DNA of 64,000 bases from Desulfomonilia bacterium. GTDB taxonomy: Bacteria; Desulfobacterota; Desulfomonilia; UBA1062. The stretch is taken from positions 224,001-288,000 of the forward strand of contig CAXXDQ010000004.1 in assembly GCA_963664325.2 (NCBI GenBank), read 5' to 3'. Numbering within the stretch: the first letter of the stretch is position 1; each line of letters begins with the position of its first letter. This document shows positions 29,806 through 37,761 of the stretch, piece by piece. A program made the position numbers and the translations under genes. The notes under the pieces were generated by a model. That model saw only the letters and a program-made list of their open reading frames with translations. It made no database searches and was not told the origin of the DNA.

Positions 29806-32027
29806 CGATTAATCCTTTATTCATCAAGGTTTAGATTCTCACGCTAAATTAATATTGTGACAGAACTCGTCACAAAAAATCTATGTCTCAATCCTTTATT
29901 CATCAAGGTTTAGATTCTCACGACACTAACGAATTGCACCTTTCCCATGCTTAATCAGGATTCGTCTCAATCCTTTATTCATCAAGATAGTGGTTCTCCC
30001 CACATAAAACACTATTTCAAACCACAGGCGCAAGAGGTTTCCACATCTCAATCCTTTATTCATCAAGGTTTAGATTCTCACCTGTCAATGGCAGTTTATT
30101 GGATTTAATGTGCGGACCTGGATAGTCTCAATCCTTTATTCATCAAGGTTTAGGTTCTCACTGCAGCACGAAGCCGAGCTGCAAGACCTGATAGACGGGG
30201 CGGTCTCAATCCTTTATTCATCAAGGTTTAGGTTCTCACAATCCATTCAGGAAGCGGTCGGAAGATTTCTTCATGAAGTGGTCTCAATCCTTTATTCATC
30301 AAGGTTTAGATTCTCACTACTTCTTGAAAAGTGAGGAAATGGGGATAAGCGAAGAGGAAGTCTCAATCCTTTATTCATCAAGGTTTAGATTCTCACGATA
30401 AAACCCTCACCGGCACGGAACAGGAATGCATAGTCTCAATCCTTTATTCCTCAAGGTTCAGGTTCTCACTGAGATCGAGGAGCTCCACGGGAAAGTGACA
30501 AAAGATGTCAAGGTTTCAATCCTTTATTCATCAAGGTTCAGGCTCTCACTCGACGTAAAATACGGCAGCGGGAAAACAATATTTATGGAAAATTGGTCTC
30601 AATCCTTTATTCATCAAGGTTTAGATTCTCACGGTTAACACTCGGATGATACCGCAGCCAAAAGTAAATCAGTCTCAATCCTTTATTCATCAAGGTTCAG
30701 GTTCTCACGCCGAGAGCTATGTAAAGGAGAACCGTTAACAAGGATACTCAGAGTCTAAATCCTTTATTCATCAAGGTTCAGATTCTCACGCGGGCAGGTG
30801 ACAACTTATTATTCGCTTAAAGGTACTTTTATGTCTCAATCCTTTATTCATCAAGGTTTAGATTCTCACGAATGATTTAATCGTAGAACTTTTGAGGATA
30901 TCAGGTGAGAAGCGTCTCAATCCTTTATTCATCAAGGTTCAGATTCTCACGGATAGAATTATGTCAGACGCAATACCAACCCGGGGAGTGAAGTTTCAAT
31001 CCTTTATTCATCAAGGTTTAGATTCTCACGCAGAAAAAATAACGGTTATACGGTTTTACTGGCAAACGTGTCTCAATCCTTTATTCATAAAGGTTCAGGT
31101 TCTCATATCCAAAGATTTGCGAGGCAATCAGCGACGAGAAAAGAATGTCTCAATCCTTTATTCATCAAGGTTCAGATTCTCACAGGTAAATTTGCTGCTG
31201 CGAAAAAGCTTGAGCGATATCCGGTCTCAATCCTTTATTCATCAAGGTTTAGATTCTCACTCACACGCCAGTTTATATCAATGACCGAATTCATGAAATT
31301 TTAGTCTCAATCCTTTATTCATCAAGGTCTAGATTCTCACCAACTGGCAAAGTCGCAATGTTTCCCGGAAATAGTTATGTCTCAATCCTTTATTCATCAA
31401 GGAAATGGTTCTCACGGAAACAAAGGTGATACTGGTCCTAAAGGTGATACGTCTCAATCCTTTATTCATCAAGGTTTAGATTCTCACAAATTAACCATCC
31501 CGCCGCAGCTCAAGGCTATAATAGGAGAGTCTCAATCCTTTATTCATCAAGGTTCAGATTCTCACTCAAAAAAATTGTGGGCCAATGTGCGTATTTTCTT
31601 CAAAGTCTCAATCCTTTATTCATCAAGGTTAAGGTTCTCACGGCGGCAGTAATAGTGTACGCCGTCTATATTTTCAAATCTTCGTCTCAATCCTTTATTC
31701 ATCAAGGTTTAGATTCTCACTAAAAATCTTGAAGGAGAGAGGCTATGAAAAAAAGCTGCATTATCGTCTCAATCCTTTATTCATCAAGGTTTAGATTCTC
31801 ACGTAAACTTATTATCGGTTGATCTTTGGGAGCATCGAAACAGGTCTCAATCCTTTATTCATCAAGGTTCAGGTTCTCACTCATTTATAACCAATAGTTC
31901 TAGTTGTGCATATATGTCTCAATCCTTTATTCATCAAGGTTCAGGTTCTCACTACTATCGTCCGGATATCGGCACGCCTGGTTCGATTCTGTCTCAATCC
32001 TTTATTCATCAAGGTTCAGGTTCTCAC
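29806..32027 (-). CRISPR. CRISPR array 1: 29 repeats, 28 spacers
   Basis: 37-bp repeat, + strand GTCTCAATCCTTTATTCATCAAGGTTYAGRTTCTCAC. On the minus strand it has a CCTT/AAGG hairpin and ends ATTGAGAC. Spacers 35-46 nt; degenerate terminal repeat at 29806. Confidence 0.97.
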
Positions 32028-32190
32028 GGTTGTTTCATTTTTACCCTTAAATACATGAACTTACAACCGGCTTTTCTGTAAGGTCTTATTTTCCCGGTCA
32101 AGGGACAGTATAAATTCATATGTTTTCCTCTTGTCAAAGAACAGATGTTTATCTGTTTTCAAAGAGTTAGGTGTATTTCTGTAACCTACC
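32028..32190 (-). promoter_or_regulatory. Leader of array 1
   Basis: AT-rich; first ~115 nt closely match the array 2 leader; minus-strand TTGACA (32132-32137) and TATACT with a long 19-nt spacing; IHF-like TTTCAAAGAGTTA at 32157-32169. Confidence 0.8.
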
Positions 32191-32220
32191 CCTTTTTTCA
32201 GCCGTTTTGAAAGCTCCGTA

Positions 32221-32493
32221 TCAGAGTATATACACGTCCTTGTCCTGCATCACTTCTCCGTGTCCCAGAACCTCAATCGTCTTTTCACAGGCCCGGCAAA
32301 TGACGTATATCCTCAGACTGCCTTCCTCTTCCACAAGACCCGCCACCCGGTGTTTTAACTCACTCAACTGCCCTTCATCCATGCGGCACTCGAATACACT
32401 ATATTGAACCCTGGAACCGTAATCAAGAAGGTCCTTGGCTAACTTAGTCCGGCGGGAGTCATCAACTACATCATAGGAGACGATATAAAGCAT
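32221..32493 (-). CDS. cas2: CRISPR-associated Cas2
   Basis: MLYIVSYDV, YGSRVQYSVFEC, SLRIY.IC..C; lies between the two arrays. Confidence 0.95.
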   Translation of the reverse strand: MLYIVSYDVVDDSRRTKLAKDLLDYGSRVQYSVFECRMDEGQLSELKHRVAGLVEEEGSLRIYVICRACEKTIEVLGHGEVMQDKDVYIL

Positions 32494-32495
32494 GC

Positions 32496-32525
32496 TCAAA
32501 CCTCAAGCCGGAACGGCGTATACAC
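32496..32525 (-). pseudogene. Possible 3' remnant of cas1
   Basis: Reads V-Y-T-P-F-R-L-E-V-stop, with the stop 2 nt before the cas2 ATG, like a Cas1 C-terminus at a cas1-cas2 junction. Confidence 0.45.
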
Positions 32526-32545
32526 CGCTCCGCTGCCAGTAGTCC

Positions 32546-33286
32546 CGATTAATCCTTTATTCATCAAGGTTTAGATTCTCACTGGAAAGGCGGAAACACC
32601 AGACGAAAAGGCTTTTTGGGCGTCTCAATCCTTTATTCATCAAGATTTAGATTCTCACGGCGTGAAAAGCAAGGAGTACTTGCAGGATCTTGTCAGGGTC
32701 TCAATCCTTTATTCATCAAGGTTCAGGTTCTCACATTATTACCGACTGGAATATGCCAGAGAATAATGGTCTTTTGTCTCAATCCTTTATTCATCAAGGT
32801 TTAGATTCTCACCGATAGATGAATTGGTGTTCTTGGGTTGCGCCAGAATAGTCTCAATCCTTTATTCATCAAGGTTCAGATTCTCACGGCAGAAAGAAGT
32901 TCAGCGCATGATCAACTCGAAAAGTTTGCGTCTCAATCCTTTATTCATCAAGGTTCAGATTCTCACTCGGCATCACGATAAACACACATCAGCAGGAACA
33001 GTGGATTAAGTCTCAATCCTTTATTCATCAAGGTTCAGGTTCTCACTCCTATGACCAGGTCCTGCAGATGAGAAAAGATAACGAATTCTAGTCTCAATCC
33101 TTTATTCATCAAGGTTCAGGTTCTCACCTAGCAAGAAAAATATACGATCTTCATGCAATGAGAAGTGGTTGGTCTCAATCCTTTATTCATCAAGGTTTAA
33201 ATTCTCACTTTACTATCGTCCGGATATCGGTAGTCCCACGCAGATAGAAGTCTCAATCCTTTATTCATCAAGGTTTAGATTCTCAC
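32546..33286 (-). CRISPR. CRISPR array 2: 10 repeats, 9 spacers
   Basis: Same 37-bp repeat family; same degenerate terminal repeat (CGATT instead of GTCTC) as array 1. Confidence 0.97.
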
Positions 33287-33404
33287 GGTTGGTTCATTTT
33301 TGTCCTTAAATACATGAACTTACAACCGGCTTTTCTGTAAGGTCTTATTTTCCCTATGATCGGGCCGTATAAATTCATCTATTTTTCTTTTGTCAAAGAG
33401 CAGG
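33287..33404 (-). promoter_or_regulatory. Leader of array 2
   Basis: Near-copy of 32028-32145, including CCTTAAATACATGAACTTACAACCGGCTTTTCTGTAAGGTCTTATTTTCCC and TTGACA. Confidence 0.8.
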
Positions 33405-33483
33405 TTAAATGATTAACCTTTAAATAATCTTTTATACTACCGTTTGTATAAATTACTTAGACTGTATCATTCTAATGTCACTC

Positions 33484-34488
33484 TTACTTTAAATACTGCA
33501 TTTCTTTCGCAAGTGTAACAGCCAGTTTGCTTGGATCATCTTTACTATAAATCACTATTCTCAGATGGCGTAAATCAAAAGGGATGTTATTGATATCTTG
33601 AGCCAGCATGATTACTTGTTTTCCATAAGCATGGGCTATACCAAGTTCATAATAGACATTTGGATTTTTTTGAGTCAATTCCACTACAACAATATTTGCT
33701 TTAAGAAGATTCTCCCTTATTCTATTCATTATGCCGCCAGTAAAAATTTCCTCATCCACACGAACGCATCTCTTGGACATGCTCTCAGTCGCAAACTTAA
33801 TGCCTTTTTCATAAACCTCTGTAAATTGATCTGAGAATGGCATGATAACAAACACCAAGTCTTTCTCAACTTGTGGTTTTCCTTTATCTAAGCGCACGAG
33901 GGTTTCTGTTCCAGGGATCGGATATAATGTTTCTTCATCGTAATCTACACGCAAATAAAAAGCATCTATATCATCAAATGAAAAGGATGCATTGTATGCT
34001 CCTATTGACATTGGCTTGGTTCCTCCGGTCAGATCGATAGCCATTTGCCTTTGGGAAAGCCCTTCTCCTGCACTTATCTCTTCTACCCATTCAACGATTT
34101 TTTCTTCCATCAATTTTTGATCTTCACTCTGAATGATCATTTCCCGAATTTTTACATTCAGATTAACTTTCCGAATACACTCCTTAATTTGAGTTAAATG
34201 CATTCGATGAAAATGTTTTGATATCTCACTGAAAGCCAATGTAAGATAATCAGGTTTAAAAAGGCCTGCCATTATAACAACGTTTTCCATTGAAAATCCC
34301 ACTGGTATAAATAGAGCTGGATATTTCGGGCGGCCTCCTTGATCAAGCTCTATTCCGTGATCATGAGCTCGTTTGGAAACCACGCTAAGCGATTTATTGT
34401 AAATCTCGTCAAAATAAAACTTAGGGTCGTAATTCTTCTTTTTCCAAATATCAAAAAGACCTTTGAAAATCTTGTAATCATATTCCAT
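33484..34488 (-). CDS. CARF domain fused to a nucleoside 2-deoxyribosyltransferase-like/TIR-like domain; putative cOA-activated effector
   Basis: CARF motifs LFIPVGFS and IDLTGGTKPMS, PIPGTE linker; C-terminal VFVIMPF...NPNVYYELGIAHAYGK...PFDL. Confidence 0.85.
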   Translation of the reverse strand: MEYDYKIFKGLFDIWKKKNYDPKFYFDEIYNKSLSVVSKRAHDHGIELDQGGRPKYPALFIPVGFSMENVVIMAGLFKPDYLTLAFSEISKHFHRMHLTQIKECIRKVNLNVKIREMIIQSEDQKLMEEKIVEWVEEISAGEGLSQRQMAIDLTGGTKPMSIGAYNASFSFDDIDAFYLRVDYDEETLYPIPGTETLVRLDKGKPQVEKDLVFVIMPFSDQFTEVYEKGIKFATESMSKRCVRVDEEIFTGGIMNRIRENLLKANIVVVELTQKNPNVYYELGIAHAYGKQVIMLAQDINNIPFDLRHLRIVIYSKDDPSKLAVTLAKEMQYLK

Positions 34489-34500
34489 TTCTCTCCCCTT

Positions 34501-35391
34501 TTATGCAAATGTTGATATCTTTTCTTTAAGGACTACTGCAAAATCTTCACCTTTCACTTTGTTATTCTTCATTTCCTTCAAGTCATCTATATCTACTATT
34601 AGTATCAGCCTTGCCTCCGTTCCTATTTGTCTGTAGAATATTTTTCTAAGTAATTCCCAAATGGGATCGTTTTTCCCGGGCATAGTCCTGCAAATCAATA
34701 GAGTGAGCGGCACGTTTGACAACACTGTATCCTGAAAGTACAAAGTATATTTGAAGCATTGCATAAGATCATTAGTAACAGGTTTCTTGTTTTTGCACTC
34801 TACAATCAGTCTGTTGAACTTGTAGCCAACTCGTATAGCTGGTTCAAATTGATCCCGTAATCTTTCTCTTATTTGATAACAGCCATCTAATTTTAAGTTT
34901 CGACTTCTCCATTGAGGAGGATCAATCCGAATCAATTCTTCTTGAAATAAACAATCAAAAAAATAGATCACATAACTTTCAAATATTTTGCCATCTTCGC
35001 GATGTCCCAAAGGGGCAGTTTTGACTTTATCAAATGCATCCTCTACTTGTTGATTCACAAAACCACATGCAAGATCAAAATCATAAAGAATACTATCTAC
35101 TTTTTTTTGTATTCGTTGGAACAATTGCTTAGTTTTCTCAGGGTTCAATGTGAATCTTTGTATAAGGACTTCAACTTCTGCCATTTTATTATTTAATCGT
35201 TCAGTAGTAATTTTAAAGTTTTTAAAACAAGACATTGCACTAATAGGTTCTTTCAACATACTTCGATATTGTTCTACAGCTTTTGAACAACCACATTCTT
35301 CCAGACTCTCTCGAAAGATGTTTATTAGTTCAATTTCATGCTGATTTAAATCAGCTAAATACCTTTCTATGAAAACATCATTAGCTTCCAT
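34501..35391 (-). CDS. Putative PD-(D/E)xK (Mrr-like) endonuclease with N-terminal helical domain
   Basis: GKIFE, LDG, IVECKN and QxxxY (QCFKY) in the C-terminal half; in the operon directly after csm4. Confidence 0.7.
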   Translation of the reverse strand: MEANDVFIERYLADLNQHEIELINIFRESLEECGCSKAVEQYRSMLKEPISAMSCFKNFKITTERLNNKMAEVEVLIQRFTLNPEKTKQLFQRIQKKVDSILYDFDLACGFVNQQVEDAFDKVKTAPLGHREDGKIFESYVIYFFDCLFQEELIRIDPPQWRSRNLKLDGCYQIRERLRDQFEPAIRVGYKFNRLIVECKNKKPVTNDLMQCFKYTLYFQDTVLSNVPLTLLICRTMPGKNDPIWELLRKIFYRQIGTEARLILIVDIDDLKEMKNNKVKGEDFAVVLKEKISTFA

Positions 35392-35409
35392 AGGACCTCT
35401 ATATTCTCA

Positions 35410-36360
35410 TCAATCAGTTTTTTCAGCTAACTCAATCATCATTCCCAATCCATTTCGGAATACTTTATGTTCCTCAATAAAATCTTTGGGGGTTACATCT
35501 AATAATTGTCCCAAAATTGATTGTCTAAATAGAGATCCTTCTGAGAACATATGGCATTTTCTTCTTTTCATTTGTTTTATCGATGAATTCGAAAATATCC
35601 ATCCACCCCGCGAAAGAATACTATAAGATAGTGCATGCTGGGCTTCAGTCTCTTTAGGACAACAAAGTGAAAGCGTGTAATAGTATTTATCATCGGCTAT
35701 CTTTGTTTCAAACAATTCGGTCCACGTAGTGAGATCATCAACCTGCTTGAACTCGGCTGTATAATGACCATAACCTATACTTCTATCCCCACCGATCCCG
35801 CTTTCACCGAGTAACCGAATACAGAGTTCCAACTTTTCTCTCAAGGTAGTATCTTTCAGGTTTATCAAGAAATAGAGTCCTCCACCTTCTTTTATTGTTG
35901 TGCCTTTTTCCTCGAAAATGTTTGTTGATTTTGTGATCCTGTCGATAGTGACCCTTGGGCTTATAAAACCATTAATTAATCTAGGAAGAGGATTTATGAT
36001 ATCTTTATTTGCAATTCTTTCCTGGTTGCCTCTAGCCAAATTATTAAAATCAGAAAGCTCTAAAAATGGGATTTCCTTGAGCTTCTCAGCGTACAAAGTA
36101 CCAGTGCCATATGGTGTTGGAAGGTAGTACTCGTCGAGATAATAGGGGAAAGCTGAGGAAATAGTTAAACAAGGGGGGTTCTGCTGCATATCAGAAATTA
36201 AAGACGAAATTGATTTATCATTTGAAACTCTAACCCATTCGTTAAATATACCACTGAATAATGTATCAGAATGGATTATTCCAACAGATTCTTTCTCAAA
36301 AATATCTGCCGTTCTAATTTTAACAGCCCGATTGAACTTGAGCTTGGCCAGCAACAGCAT
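35410..36360 (-). CDS. csm4: Type III-A Csm4 (Cas5 group)
   Basis: IHSDTLFSG, ISSAFPY, PRVTIDR, GIGGDRSIGYG, RGGW, FSEGS. Confidence 0.93.
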   Translation of the reverse strand: MLLLAKLKFNRAVKIRTADIFEKESVGIIHSDTLFSGIFNEWVRVSNDKSISSLISDMQQNPPCLTISSAFPYYLDEYYLPTPYGTGTLYAEKLKEIPFLELSDFNNLARGNQERIANKDIINPLPRLINGFISPRVTIDRITKSTNIFEEKGTTIKEGGGLYFLINLKDTTLREKLELCIRLLGESGIGGDRSIGYGHYTAEFKQVDDLTTWTELFETKIADDKYYYTLSLCCPKETEAQHALSYSILSRGGWIFSNSSIKQMKRRKCHMFSEGSLFRQSILGQLLDVTPKDFIEEHKVFRNGLGMMIELAEKTD

Positions 36361-36367
36361 ATTCTGA

Positions 36368-37255
36368 TTACCCTTTCAGGAAGTTGATGATCGGGTCTAT
36401 TTTATTTCTAGCATCAGAGATAGAAATATTGGTGTCAACTGTACCATATTCTTTGGAAGTGTCTCCTTGGAAATATGCCAAACTACGGGCTACAAAGTTG
36501 GTAAGTTTGAATTCTATCTTCCCATACCCCCGCGAAGTGTACCCACCCAAACCTTCATTTTGTATGAGTTCCATGGCCGTTAACAGATTGTTCAGGTCTT
36601 TTTTCAGTATCTGTTTATCTAAAGAGTAGTTATCTTTTCCTGTAATCCTAACATTCTCCACCGAATAAACCATTTCAAAGATGAACCTGTTTTCAGGTAG
36701 AACTCGTTCAACTCTCCTAGGATTGGCTGACATACTTATGCGGTCTATGCCTGTCTCTACCTTAACCTCTGTGAATTGAGGATTATCGCCGAAAAGGCTC
36801 GTATCTATTAGTGCATCTCTTACTGTTAGCAGGGCAGGCCAGTTTTCTGCCTTTTGATCTTTTCGCGATGCTCTATCATCTCTTATGGGTATATCATACC
36901 CGCTTGATCCGAAAACTCTGCAAACATCACATGCTATCGCATATTTAACATCATCACAGCAATGAACTAAAACTCTGTTTCTTAAGGTGCCTATGTTCCT
37001 ATTAGAGGTAAGTGTTTCAACTTTATTGTCCTTAGTACGATAGCCGAACTTTTCAAATGTGCTCCGAAGCTTTCCTTTAAGAGAACTCCCTGGAATGTAA
37101 GGCAGATTATTACCCGAATCCCTGAGAACTGGCAAATCGATGCCACCAATTTGCATCGATTCTTGCGAGCCCCCTATGTGCAGACCTGTCTTTAGTACGA
37201 TGTTGCCCCTAATAAATATTTTACCGATAAGATGTCTCTGACCTCGTTCACTCAT
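36368..37255 (-). CDS. csm3: Type III-A Csm3 (Cas7 group RNase)
   Basis: TGLHIGG, catalytic Asp in IGGID.PV.RD, PYIPGSSLKGKLRS, CDVCRVFG, IDR, GLGGYTSRGYG. Confidence 0.95.
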   Translation of the reverse strand: MSERGQRHLIGKIFIRGNIVLKTGLHIGGSQESMQIGGIDLPVLRDSGNNLPYIPGSSLKGKLRSTFEKFGYRTKDNKVETLTSNRNIGTLRNRVLVHCCDDVKYAIACDVCRVFGSSGYDIPIRDDRASRKDQKAENWPALLTVRDALIDTSLFGDNPQFTEVKVETGIDRISMSANPRRVERVLPENRFIFEMVYSVENVRITGKDNYSLDKQILKKDLNNLLTAMELIQNEGLGGYTSRGYGKIEFKLTNFVARSLAYFQGDTSKEYGTVDTNISISDARNKIDPIINFLKG

Positions 37256-37275
37256 TATCTGAAACCTCCCTTATT

Positions 37276-37761
37276 TTAATTTCCGCCACAATACTTATGA
37301 TATGCTACAATAGCCTCGGAAAAACGGCATAACCTCTCGTAGTCCTCTATACTTGTAACACAATCCAGCAGAGGATTTATCACTTCAAAGAAAGGAGAAA
37401 CCTCATTTGGCTGCCTAGCCTTTGCATTGGCAAGTTGCGGTTTAAGCATGAAAATTTCAGGCAGTACCTTTTCTTGAAATAGCTCCGTTGCATTGGGCAT
37501 AAGACGAATGCTTAATATAGTAGCTTTAATGTTCAAAAGGGACTCATAGAACCTTCGAAGTTGTGCTGCCTTCAGTCGTACATCATAGCTAGCGAGTAGT
37601 TTGCCAAGGGCAAAGCTACACACTACTAGCTTTTCTGAAGGGAGCAAACTCCTAACTGTTGGCCTCTCCGAAGCACCTTCAAATATCTTATTTTTGATTG
37701 AGATTGCTTCTTTGAGACCCCATTCCTCACAAAGCCTCTCTTCCATTGATTTTGTAGTCAT
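37276..37761 (-). CDS. csm2: Type III-A Csm2 (Cas11 small subunit)
   Basis: QLRRFY, LKPQLA...AR, FSEAIVAYHKY; overlaps the cas10 stop. Confidence 0.92.
   Translation of the reverse strand: MTTKSMEERLCEEWGLKEAISIKNKIFEGASERPTVRSLLPSEKLVVCSFALGKLLASYDVRLKAAQLRRFYESLLNIKATILSIRLMPNATELFQEKVLPEIFMLKPQLANAKARQPNEVSPFFEVINPLLDCVTSIEDYERLCRFSEAIVAYHKYCGGN

Noticed and set aside
30110-33009. Short ORFs with repeated peptides (VSILYSSRFRFS, SQSFIHQG, LNPLFIKV)
   Set aside because: They are translations of the CRISPR repeats, not genes.
29806-33286. Spacers self-targeting genes inside this window
   Set aside because: No match noticed by eye; this was not exhaustive and needs an alignment.
34501-35391. 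ORF296 as a divergent Csm5
   Set aside because: No RAMP signatures (no PGSS.KG or C-terminal G-rich loop); nuclease motifs are present instead. Structure prediction would settle it.
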